Below, in pieces: positions 12,400 through 24,408 of a stretch of 64,000 bases of DNA. How positions within the stretch are numbered: the first letter of the stretch is position 1; every line of letters begins with the position of its first letter. The notes beneath the pieces were generated by a model, which saw nothing but the letters and a program-made list of their open reading frames with translations, ran no database searches and was not told where the DNA came from. This stretch comes from Mobula hypostoma (taxonomy: Eukaryota): contig NC_086097.1 in the NCBI RefSeq assembly GCF_963921235.1, forward strand, positions 117,368,001-117,432,000. The letters are read 5' to 3'. The position numbers were made by a program, and so were the translations under genes.

Positions 12400-13939
12400 T
12401 ACTTACATGTTTGACAGTTTCCAGAGCTGAGTGCAGGAGTCCGTCAGTTGATATAACATACATCGGAGCTTCAGGGCTGCTCCCAATGTACTATTCCACT
12501 CCCTGCCGCTAAGTTCTCGAAATAAGTTGGTGTGTTTGTGTTGCAGAAGTCCAGGATGAGGCCGAAAACATGTTGTCTATAGCTGCTTTATGAAGTGCTA
12601 CAAGAACAAAGAACGAGTAAAGAAAGACAACAACAAAAATAAGAAGCCGTGGTCACCTCAAACTCAGACTGGAGATTCCCGTGATAACAATTAAGCTAAA
12701 ATATATTCATAATTAAGTGGTGTGAAACCTGCTACAGAAAAATACAGAAGCAAGTGGAAAGTTCACCGAACAATTGCACGTATGCATATAAAAATACAAA
12801 CAATCATAGGAAAGTTAAATTATAAGAAAATTAACAATACTTCTCCCTAATCCAACAGATGCTTTGCACCAGAAAGGTAGGCCCCTCGATCTGGACTGGG
12901 CATGTTCATGCATGGGGGTGGCAATTGGCAGTGACTGTACTGTGCGCAGCAAGCACGTGCCAAGGAAAAAAAAAGCTGCCACTAGGATCAGGAACTACAC
13001 TGTCTGCTGGAGCAATCATCTCCCAACACAGTTTAGCAGACTTAGCCTTCAATTTTTCAAGTTCAAGTTTATTGTCATTCAACCATGCACCTGTATGCAG
13101 CTAAATGAAATATCATTCCTCGGGGGCCATGGTGCAAAATGCAGTACATATAGTCACTCAGAACACATATAGTCACCATCCAGCACATAGAGTCACAAAA
13201 TAATATTAGCACAAGTCCGTAAGTGGCTGACAGGTTGACATAAAGTGTGAGGTGCATGTCTAAGTAAGATGGTATAATGTTACTGGCACTATTATGATGA
13301 AACAAGCAACAGTATAAATATGTGAAACAGTAGCAATAAAAGGTGAAAAATGAACAGTGCTGAATGAGAGGGTGTCTGTGACTTCGGAGTGGAGGGAAGA
13401 GGTAACAGCAGACCATTCACACAGGGTGTGCCTGTGTGCTGGGTGACAGCAGAGTCCAACAGCTGGGAGATTAAAGCCAGAATGAAGCATGCGGAAAAGT
13501 AAAGGAAGTTTGAAGATGCACATTCATGGCTATTTTTTAAAACTGTACACTTGCAGATTGGCTTTCACATTAATAGCAATGTGTGTCGTTTTTATTCTTA
13601 CATTTTGTTTCCAACAAGATGAGGTCTAGTCAAGAGATTAGCAATTAAAGCAAAGACACAATTATATGCTTGTAAAATTTCAATAATTAAGTGTACACGG
13701 TGGCTGAAAAACTGCTGTAGCATGGTTTCTGTGTTTAAGAAGGGAGAGGAATAAGTCTAGTGATGTGTTTCAGTCAATATCCATAAGCATTTTTCAACAT
13801 CCTTTTGCCAAATTCAAGCAGATTTATTCCTTTCACTTTTGTTTAATCATTTTTTAATATTGCTTCTGAATCTGATTCCATCATCCATTCAAGGAGTACA
13901 CATATATCAGATGCTAAATCAACTTAATGCATTAAGGTT

Positions 13940-14785
13940 AGATTAGAATAGATTTATTGACCACATGTACATTAAAACATGTAATGCATGGTTCGTGTTA
14001 ACAACTAACACAGTCTAGGATGTGCTGGGGGCAGCTTTTGGTGCCAACATAGGATAGCCACAATGTTTAGAACAACACATAGCCAACATTCAACATGACA
14101 GACACAGCAACAGCAAATCAAACTCTTTCCTACTACCCACTCTCCATTGGGGATAAAGGGCCCTTATCCTTGGGGCCCGTTGACTGTGATCCTTGACTTC
14201 AGGGATCACAGGTCCTCATTCTCATTGCATGCTGACCTGAATTCTGTCCTTGGGGATCACTGGAGTCTGACATCTGGAACTGCTGTCCAACCTCAGGGTT
14301 ATGGAACTACTCACCAACCTGTGTTTCTGGATCTGCTGAACATCCTCAGACCTCTAGATCTGCTGACCGATCTTGTGTCTCCAGATCTACTGAATAACCT
14401 TCGATTACTAGACCTGCTCCATATGGATCTGACCCTGGGACATGCCAGTCCCAAGAGTCACTGGCCCATGTCCTCGGAACCCACTGACACAGGCCCCTGA
14501 GCGTGGAGATCGCTAGTCTTCATCCTCAGTGCCCGCCGCCTTGACCTCCATCCATGGGGATTTCTGGTATTTAACCGCAGAGCACTCTAACCTGACCTGT
14601 CGCTCCTATTGTTAACTCTACGTTTACCATCCATGACCTATACATTATCTCTCCCTTATCCCTGTCCCTAAACCCTAACCTAACCACTAACTCACTATGT
14701 TGTCCCCAAAACTATCCCTGTGAACATTAAGAGCAACTAAGTCTGAGCCATGACCTCGACATACATCCATCTTGACTGGAAGGAC
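13940..14785 (-). mobile_element. Non-autonomous retroposon with Rex-like tail and internal ~27-bp repeats
   Basis: Homologous ends shared with 24965-25700 and 61240-61740; minus-strand 5' end cttccagtcaagatgg. Confidence 0.5.
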
Positions 14786-16099
14786 TATTTGATCTTGTGT
14801 CCACTTCTCTCCCCCAATTACTTATTGAATTATTTAAAAAAAAACGTATGGATTTGACGAAAGCTGGAGGTATATTTTCACTTTCACTTGGTCTCCAAGA
14901 AGGTGTTCTCTAATAAATTTACTGTAATTCTAAGAGGTTTAGGAATTCAGATATAAAAAAAACTTTTAACAAGAGGCTAATGAAAATGTAGGAAACAGTG
15001 TTCTGGTTTGGCAATGGTGAACAAATATTCTTGTTGACAAAGTCTACTCTACGAATGTTCTGATCTAGTGATTCTTTTGTGTTCTACTGTATATATCAGA
15101 CAATTTATCTGTAAATGCTCTACATTTGACCAATCCTCTGATTACAGATATAAGTGTAAGAAATATCTTATACTTCAGTTATGCACTTTACATTTTGGTA
15201 AGTATTGGAGAAATTAATTCGGAATTCTGCCACGTAGGCAGAATTTATATTTACATTTATATTTTTACTGATGAGAATTCATAAACTGAAAAATTATACT
15301 AATAAATAATTTTTATGTGCACACGCTAATATTTTTGATAAGCTTCAAATAGATTTGATTTCCTGCAGCGCACTGAAGAATGGTGTAAACTTGCACATTT
15401 GTCAAAATTACGCCTGGATAAATGTTAGTTAAGTGCAATTATCCTTCAGTTGCAAACAGTTTCCTCTGAAATATTGTCGTTAAATTGGGATAAGGGCACT
15501 AGGTCAATGACCTACAAGTAATAATTTTGTCCTATAAAAATAATTTTGATGGTTTAGTTTTAGCCGACAGCTTTGAAATTAAGTGACAAATTAGATGAAG
15601 AATCTCGGCCTATAACATCGACTGTTTATTCCCCTCCATAGATTCTGGCTAACTTGCTGAGTTGTTCCAGCATGTTGTGTGGGTTGCTGTGGATTTTCAG
15701 CATCTGCAGAATCTCTTGTGTTTTTGAAGATTTGGATTTCCTGAACTGTAGAACTGTGTGTTTATACTTGCATAGAGATTGGGGTAATTTCTGTGGAAAG
15801 GTGCATGCAATCTAATATCACACACTTAACTAAATAAAAAAACGAAAATGCTGGAAATACTCATTTGTTCTGGCAGTATCTGTGAACAGTTAACACTCAT
15901 CCTCGGAGAAATGAAATGTTGTTCATATGCTAGAGCATGCTTGAGGAAATGAGGATATGATTGAGTAGAAGTGTCATGAGTAAAGAGCGAAAGAATGTGT
16001 GTTGGAGCTACTCTTTTACATCACCTGGGGAAATACTTTCCCAAAACTGGATGTGGGGGTGGGGGGGGGGGAGGGATTTAAGAGCGAAGCATCATGGAA

Positions 16100-17800
16100 G
16101 ACATATATGAAAGTATATGGTTCTCTGGATCTTTTCATCTTGAATTGATGACGCGATATCAACTAGCTCGACTTCAGCACTCCTCTTCTCTGCTCGTACT
16201 ATACCCCCTCTGAATACCCTGCCCTTCACTCTCAACGCACCAATCCCAATGTTATAATCAAACTCACAGACAAGGGGGTGCTGTTGCACTGTGACCGACT
16301 GACCTTTACCTTGCTGAGGTCAGGTGACAACTCTCAGACACCATGACACAGCATATCCTCCTTTCCACCTTTGTAACAAATCCCTTACCTTTCTTGTCAT
16401 TGTTGCTCCCTATCACTCCCATCTCTGGTGTACAGTCCACATCTCTGTACGCTGCTGACTGGACCATAAACCACACTGAAGCCTTGCTGTTCCTGCTCCT
16501 TATTTTAAGATTATGCAGTTTCTGTTCATAACCAGCTATTGTTAAAAGCTCATGTTCATTTCTCTCCAATCTCATCCCCAACAGCAACAGCTTACAACTA
16601 TTTGGTAAAGAAGATCGTTGTCAATTCCCTCAGCTTCTTTCCCTTCAGCCTCCAAGCTAAACTTCTCTCTAGGTTCCTTGATGCATTTCCCTGAACTCAT
16701 ACTTTTGTCTAATTTGTCTTCTGTTTCAATTCCTCAATTTTTCAGGACATCAGAGATGTCCTCCTTCTTCAAAGAATGAGGTTTCCCTTCCTCTACAATC
16801 AGCACTGCTGTCACCCTCATCTTCTTCATTTCCCGAACATCAATGCTCACCCCGTTTTCCCACCACCTTAACAGGGAAATATTTCTTCTTGTCCTCACCT
16901 ACCACCCCATGAGCCTCTGCATCCAGCACATCACTCTCTTCAACTTCCGCCATCTCCAAAGGGATCCTACCACCAAAAATATCTTTACCTCCCCACCACT
17001 CCCTGCAACTTTCTGCAGTAATCGCTCTGTCTATGATTCCCCTGTCCATCTATCCTTCTCTATTAATCTCCCTCTTGGTACTTATCCCAGCAGGCAGCCA
17101 CATCTGCCCATTCACCCCTCTGCCATCTCCATTCAGGGCTCCAAACTGCCCTTCTAGGTGTGGCAGCACTTCACCTGTGAATCTGCTGGTGTTGTCTATT
17201 GTGTCCGGTGCTCGTTATCCAGCCTGCTGTACATTGGTGAGACCCATTGTAAATTCAGGGATCACTTCGTCGAGCACCTCCACTCCATTTGCCAAGAACC
17301 AAACTTCCCAGTGGCCAAGCATTTTAAGTCCAATTTTCTTTCCCATTCTGACATGTCAGTCCATGGTCTCCTCTTGTGCCATAATGAGGCCACCCTCAGA
17401 GTGGAGGAGCAACACCTTATATACTGCCTGGGTAGCCTCTGACCCAGTGGCATGAATATTGACTTTTTTTTCAGCAAAAAAAATCTTTCCCGCTCCCCTC
17501 GTCTTCTGTTCCTGCTCTGGTCTCTTACCACTTCTCACCTGCCTATCACCTCCCCCGGGTCCCCACTTTCTTCCCTTTCTCCTATGGTCCACTCTCCTCT
17601 CCTATCAGATCCTTCCTCTCCAGCCCTTTACCTTTTCTACCCACCTGGATTCACCTATCACCTTCTAGCTTTCCTCCTTCCCCTCGCCCCACCTTTTCAT
17701 TCTGGCATCTTCCTCTTTCCTGTCCTGTCTTGATGAAGTGTCTCCGCCTGAAACATCAACTCCATAGATGCTGTCCGACCTGCCTATTTTGTGTGTGTTG
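16100..17800 (+). mobile_element. Penelope-like element remnant (RT start, GIY-YIG, pseudo-LTR)
   Basis: PNVIIKLTDKG at ~16245; ORF 17158-17442 FTCESAGVVYCVRCS..LYIGET..RDHFVEHL..PVAKHF. Confidence 0.8.
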
Positions 17801-17834
17801 TTATGGAATTATCAGCCAATTTCTTATTAATGAT

Positions 17835-18470
17835 GTTGCATTGGTTGGTTGGCATCCGTCTGCCTTGAAGGACAATGGGTAATGATTATTATCATCACAA
17901 GCCTGGGTGGAAGGTATGGAGATCCTGAGATGCCCTTTCATTGCGATCCCCCTCTCAGTCTTACCAGTGTGATCCAAAGGAAAGCTTATGAAACAATACG
18001 TTTGGCACCAGCTTGGCTACAGGAGCTGCTGGAAGGATATTCAATGATGTGCAGCTGCCTTTGAGGCTCTACTCCGGATTCACAGTCTGGTTTTATTTCC
18101 TTGGCCTTCGTCTCTCCCGAGGCTGCCTGCAAGGCAGTGGGGCTATTTACGCACAGCTGGGGATCTGGTTCACGAGCCCAAGGGTGTGTCTGTACACCGG
18201 CTGGCCTCGTGCTACGTGTGCAGGGGCCAGACCTTCTCCCCGTCCTCTGTAGTTCAGCCTCAGTCCGAAAGGAATTCAGTTTCTGTATGTCACCAGCGAG
18301 GAGGCACTACAAGAGGCTTGCTGTTGGAGAGGCTACGTACCGGCAGGAAGAGACTTACACATTCAGCTCTCCTTCTCACAAGATTGCTAGCCAGTGGTGG
18401 AAGCTGAAAGTGAGAGCGACAAGCACTATTCATACCACTATCACACTAGACACGTCACAACAAGCATTTT
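17835..18470 (-). mobile_element. RTE-related non-autonomous element / 5' region
   Basis: gtttggcaccagcttggctacaggagctgctggaag block resembling RTE 5' UTRs (recalled, not searched). Confidence 0.4.
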
Positions 18471-18499
18471 GATGTTGGGTACAGAGAGGGCATATGGTG

Positions 18500-19810
18500 G
18501 TGGAATGTGTGGAAGCAGAATTAAAAGGAGATGAAAATCCTCAGAGCAAAGTTAAATGTTTATGATGGAGTTTGAAATCACCAAGGATATGGATCAGCTG
18601 GGAAAGTAGGTGGACAAATGTTAGAATTTGATTCAGGCAAGTGTGATACAATACAGTTTGAGAAGTCAAACTATATACAAAGAAAATGGCAAGGCCCTGG
18701 GGATCATTGCTGAATCGAGAAATACAAGCTTTCAAGTCCCTGAAAGTGCCTGCTGAGGTAGATGAAGAAGGCATATGCTATACTTGTCTTCATCAGGCAT
18801 GACAATGACAGCAAGAGTTGGGACATCATGTTACAGCTGTACAAAATTTGGTGAGACTGCACTTGGAGTATTGTGCATAGAACTGTCACTGCCCTCGAAG
18901 AAAAATGCGATTAAGCTAGAGAAAATGCAGAAAAGATTCACAAGAATACTTGCAGGATGAGAACTTGAGTTGCAAGGAGAGATTGGATAAGTTGAAAGGG
19001 TTTTCCCCAGCATGATTTAGACTGAGGGGTGACCTTATGGAGGTTTATGAAATGAAGTGAATAGATAGGGGAAATAGGCACAGTGTTTTTCTGGGGGTAG
19101 GGAAGTCTAAAACTACAGCGTCTAGTTTTGAGGTGAGAGAAGAAAGTTTTAAGAGGTATATGAGCGGCAAGCCTTTCAAACAGAAGTGGTGGTTATATTG
19201 ACTGAGTGACCAGAAGAAATGGTTGTCACCAGGTTCAGATATGCCCCAGTGCGGAATGTAAGAAACTGAAGTGGGTCGATAGTTCACAGAGTTTAATAGG
19301 AACAGAGTTAGAGGGAAAAGAAAACAATAAATGCTGGGTCAAACAGGGCTATTAACTAAAACTCTCAACTGGAAAATGAAGCCTACACTGCGGCTGAAAA
19401 GAAGAACTAACCATTAAAAAATACTGCTAGTCTTCAGAGTCAGTTAACTCGACAGTCCAATTTCTCAGGCAAGGCCCAAAGCAGACAGGCAGAGAAGCGC
19501 TGCTGTGCTGGTTTCAAGTCTCAACAAGCACTATGATGGAAAGAATTAGTTAAATACTATCACAATGAAAAAATAATTAGCTGACACGTGCATATTCTTG
19601 AGCGCAATTGTCGCATCTGCTGCGCTGCTGAGTCTGTGATTGTGACAACGGTAGAGGCAGGTACAATTACAGTGTTAAAAGACATGTGAATAGATACGTG
19701 AATAGTGATGATTTTGAGGGATACGGACCACGCACGGGCAAATGGAACCACTTTAGTCAGCATGGCCTCACTAGTGGACAGGATCTGCTCTCATGCTGTT
19801 TACTTCTGTG
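18500..19810 (+). mobile_element. Old CR1 LINE 3' fragment interrupted by a solo LTR
   Basis: LYKIW*DCTWS and KLEKMQKRFTRIL remnants; CR1 tail ~19650-19810. Confidence 0.7.
19224..19647. mobile_element. Solo LTR (424 bp)
   Basis: TGTCAC...GTGACA termini; 5-bp TSD atggt/acggt; CR1 sequence is contiguous across it. Confidence 0.8.
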
Positions 19811-19995
19811 ACTGTGATAGGAATTTGCTCAGTGAGAGGAATGAGAAAGAAAAGGAATTAGTAGTTTCTTGCGAGAAACTTGATCTGGTATTTGGGGATT
19901 TGGTGAAGGATGTCCAGGTGAAAGGAGAGGCAGGAGATGTCAAAAAAGTTGATACCATTGTGGAAAAGTAGAACACAGTGTACAAGATAAGAAAA

Positions 19996-20445
19996 TACTG
20001 TTGAAATGCAATGGGGGGGTAACACAGTAGTGTAATAGTGTAATGTTATTACTGTTGAAATGCCATATATGGGGTGACACAGTAGTGTAACAGTGTAATG
20101 CTATTACTGTTGAAATGTAATATCTGGGGTGACACAGCAGTGTAACAGTGTAATGTTATTTTTGTTGAAATGTAATATGTGGGGGTGACACAGTAGTGTA
20201 ACAGTGTAATGTTATGTTTGTTGAAATGTAATATGTGGGGGTGACACAGTAGTGGAACAGTGTAATGTTATTACTGTTGAAATGCCATATGTGGGGCTGA
20301 TACTGTGGTGGAACAGTGTAATGTTATTACTGTTGAAATGTAATATGTGGGGGTGACACAGTAGTGGAACATTGTAATGTTGTTATTGTTGAAATGTAAT
20401 ATGCGGGGGTGACACAGTAGTGGAATAGTTAGTGTCATGTTATTA
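19996..20445 (+). repeat. Minisatellite, ~8 x 54-56 bp
   Basis: Unit tactgttgaaatgtaatatgtgggggtgacacagtagtgtaacagtgtaatgttat starts at 19996, 20050, 20105, 20160, ~20216, 20272, 20328, 20384. Confidence 0.95.
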
Positions 20446-20650
20446 CAGCACCAGCAGCCTGGGTTCAATTCCATTGCTACCTGAAAGGAGTTTGTAAGTT
20501 TTCCCCATGACTGTGTGGGTTTCCTCCAGATGCTCTGATTTCCTCCCATGTTCTGAAGAGTTATGGGTAAGGAGGTTAATTGGTCACATAGGTGTAATTG
20601 GGCAGCACGGGCTCATTAGGCTGGAAGTGTCTGTCACTGTGCTGGCACTC
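20405..20650 (+). mobile_element. HE1/V-type SINE
   Basis: B-box-like gggttcaattcc ~20461; V-core gtgggtttcctccagatgctctgatttcctccca. Confidence 0.8.
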
Positions 20651-21804
20651 TTAAAAGTGCAATGACGTGTACCACCTCGCCAAGCTGGGCAGAGGGTTGT
20701 GATTTAATGGTGGTAACAGCCTAAAGGAAGGGCCGGAATAACAGGAAAAAATTCCAATACACAGGGGCCAAGTTTCTGTCAGGGGCAGGATCTTGATTCT
20801 ATCATCCAGAATTCGCAATAAGTAATAACAGGTGAACAGATATTTTTTGGAGGATTGTGGGAGACTGGGTGAAGGGGGAATTGTGTAGCTGGGGTGGACT
20901 AGCTCCGGTGCAGGTGCATCAAATTTGGTTCGAATTTTGCTGCTGGTTTATTTCTTTAACTGCCCAACATTTGGAACTTGAAGCACAATGTTTCTGGAGA
21001 GCCAAGAAGATCTGCATTATTAGACACTCCTAATCCATTCAGACGTCTGAAATGGTGTTTAATGGTGCCTTTATTGGCCAAGAATTTCCTGTAAGCACGT
21101 TACTTGTAGTTGTACTGACCAACATCTTGATTAGCCCACACTTAGCGAGTCCTCCAGCAATAAGCTCTCCATATCGAAACACACATGTGAAACTGCTTTT
21201 TGATTCCATTGAGGCTCCTTTGATTGCTTGCTTGTTGTTCGGATAACTGAAGTAATTTTGGAGCTAACACATGCCAATGAGCTCTGAGCCCATCAGAGGA
21301 GATGTCTGTCGTAGCAAAAGGAGCTGAGAAAATATTAGCCATTTCAGCGATGCCCACTGCCAAAGCCATGAGTGCTTTTGAACATTTCTGATTTTCAAAA
21401 CAATCAAAAGGAGTCAAAGAGTGTTGTATCTCAAGCAGGCATTTATCTTGGGACACAAACATTAAAATTAAAAATAAACCATGTTTACAAAAGAGCAACT
21501 GCTGCTAATTGATCCTTAGCTACTACCTTCCATTAAAATCAATGGCATTGTTCTTATATTGGTTCAGTCAAGCACAGGACCTGCTGCAGGTTCCTCAGAA
21601 GGATATGTAGTCCAGAGGCAGGATGCTGTCACTGTCAACAGTTGCCTGGATTTTTGGTCCATCCACGGTACTTTGTACACAGACAGAAATCCTGAACTCG
21701 CTGCCATTGCAGGTTATAATGATACGAGTTTCATTCAGAATTGCCACCACTTGCCAGAAAAGTTCAAGCAAGTTGCCCTTATTAAAGTATATTTTGGTTT
21801 CTAA

Positions 21805-22045
21805 ACACAAGCGATTCTGTAGGTGCTGGAAATCCAGAGTAACACAAAAATACGAGAAGTATTCAGCTGTTCAGGCCGCCTCTATGGAAAGAATAAACAT
21901 TTGACGTTTCAGGCTGAGACCCCGATCAAGATCCTTCATCAGAACCCTGATAAAGGATCTCGACCTGAAACATTGACTCTTCTTTCTCTCTATAGAGGCT
22001 GCCTGACCTGCTGAATTCCTCTAAAATTTTATGTGTATTTCTCTT
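21805..22045. mobile_element. Palindromic pair of Penelope pseudo-LTR ends (non-coding)
   Basis: Left arm is the reverse complement of the right; centre gatccttcatcagaaccctgataaaggatc. Confidence 0.65.
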
Positions 22046-24060
22046 GTGGGACATGCATGTTAGCTGTATTAATGTACAGATACTGCTACAGGAAGTCAAA
22101 GATTCAAAGTCCTTTTATTATCATAGTTTGTATCCAGTACACACCCCTGAGATTTGTCTTCCCCCGACAGCCACGAAACAATTTAATTCAATGGAACCCA
22201 TTCAAAGAAAACAGCAACCTCACTCTCCTCCACATAAAAAAAAACAATTAGTGCAACCAGCAACAAAAAAGACCAAATAAAACAGAACATAAAATATGAA
22301 AATGAAAGAGTCCAGGCATATGCTGTTCAGCTCAGTTTTCATTATCTACAGGCTGTACTGATTCAAAGTCGCCCAAAATAGCAACAAAAAATAGGAGTGA
22401 ACAGAAGCCAGAAACAAATGATAACATGAACTAGAGTCCAAACCGCAAACCGTGTCGATTAAACCTTTCCCAGGAACTCCGGCACCATCTTCCAACAGCA
22501 TCAAGGGAGAGCGAAACCATTTGAACCACTGGACCTTACTTGAAGAGTAGCAAGTGAGAGGGACAGAGAAACCATCACACACAGACAGTTTCATTCGGCA
22601 GCACCTAGCGAAAGGCTGGCAGATAGCCCTGAGCACGCTTTCACCTTCCACACTCGCCTCGGTGTTTTCAATCTTTCTTGGCATTTTAACTGGCGAGATC
22701 GGCGAGAAATGGGATAGATCATTGTCTCCCAGCTTTTTTGTGAGGCATAACTTACTGTATATTTGGCAGGGAAAACAAACTGTGACTTTTCCATCCCATT
22801 GATTAAGAGGCAGTTCCTACTATTGGTCATGTGTGTTACTCGAGCCTGATAATTTGATTTCAACATTGTAAAGCCAACACATCAAATGGAAGTGTAAGCT
22901 ATGTTTGTAGACAGTTAAATTATTGATTGATGGGAGACTGCAAAGAGGCCAGTAATTTGGTAAGCTTATTATTACTCATCATTCTTGCTTCTTTCCCCTT
23001 CCTTTTCAGTCCTGAAGAAGGCTCTCGTTCTGAGTCATCGATTGTTTATTCCTCTCTATAGATGCTGCCTGACCTGCTGAGTTCCAGCAGCATTTTGTCT
23101 ACATTGCTCTGGATTTCCAGCATCTGCAGAATCTCTTGTGTTTGTGATCAGACCATGTTATTTAATGAAGGAATTGAAACATGACCCATTTTAAGCCATT
23201 ATTAAATTGTGTTTCATTGTATTATTTAGAGATACAGCATGGCAACAAGCTCACACTGCCCAATTACACACGTCACCAATTTATCTGCTAATCCGTACCT
23301 ACTTGGAATGTGGGAGGAAACCAGAGCACCTGGAGGAAATCCTCGCCGTCATGGGGAGAATGTACAAACTCCTGACAGACGGCAGCAGGAAATCAACCCA
23401 GGTCACTCTGCTGACCGCTACCCCTAAGTATAAATGTTTAGTCTGCTAGAGTGAATTTGAACAGGCTGAAACAGTCCCCTTAAACTTGGTGATTTCTTCA
23501 TTTCTGAAGATTGCTCCAGCTGTATCATTGTGTTCCCTATTTAATCACATTTCCAGTATTAGTTTTCCAAGTTCTTCTGCGAGCAACATTGGACACATCT
23601 CTGGATTGTTGAGTTGTATCTAATGTAATATTTTCTTATGGCAGAAGGGGCTAATCCCATGGAGGCTCTTAGGTTATAGGTTCATGGAGTCGTCAAACAC
23701 AGCACCACAGAGACAGTCCCTTCAGCCCATCTAGTCCATACCGAAATGTTGTCCTGGCCACTCCTATCAACCTGCATCTGAAGCACAGCCCTCTGTACCC
23801 CACCCATCCATGTACCTACCCAAATTTCTCTTGAGCCTGCATCCACCTCTTCCATGGGAAGCTCGTTCTACGCACTCACCACCCTCCAAGTGAGGTGAAG
23901 TTCTCTCTATGTCCTCCCCATGGAACGTGTGGGTTTTCCCCGGGTGCTCCAGTTTCCTCCCACAGGGCAAAGACTGTGTTGTGGGGTACAGGGGTGGCGT
24001 GGTTCACAGGGCTGGAAGGGCCTCCTGAGCACTGTGTCACTAATTAATTAATTAAACCCA

Positions 24061-24408
24061 ATCATTCCCATGCGATTCATTTCCCATTCACCTGCATCAA
24101 GTAACTTACAGGAACCAATGAATCTGCACATCATTCCCAACAGATTCATTTCCCATTCACCTGCTTGGGTAGTTTACAGGAACCGATGAATCTGCACATC
24201 ATTCCCACCCGATTCATTTCCCGTTCTTCTGCATCAGGTAATTTACAGGAACCGATGAATCTGCACATCATTCCCACCCGATTCGTTTCCCGTTCTTCTG
24301 CATTAGGTAATTTACAGGAACTGATGAATCTGCACATCATTCCCACTCAATTCATCTGCATCAAGTAATTCACAGGAACTGGTTGATTGATGAACCTGTA
24401 CATCATTG
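24061..24408 (+). repeat. Minisatellite, ~5 x 68-69 bp
   Basis: Unit atcattcccacccgattcatttcccgttcttctgcatcaggtaatttacaggaaccgatgaatctgcac starts at 24061, 24130, 24198, 24267, 24336. Confidence 0.95.

Noticed and set aside
14147..14500. Leucine-rich-repeat-like ORF (LDLLNILRPLDLL...)
   Set aside because: Arises from ~27-bp internal repeats of a retroposon; no LRR consensus or splice context.
14665..14690. Telomere-like ccctaa repeats
   Set aside because: Only 2-3 imperfect units, part of a dispersed retroposon also present at ~25560.
21142..21810. Overlapping ORFs in unique sequence
   Set aside because: No recognisable homology and no convincing paired splice sites.
19996..24408. Repeat arrays as CRISPR-like
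   Set aside because: Units are head-to-tail with no unique spacers, there are no cas genes, and the context is eukaryotic.
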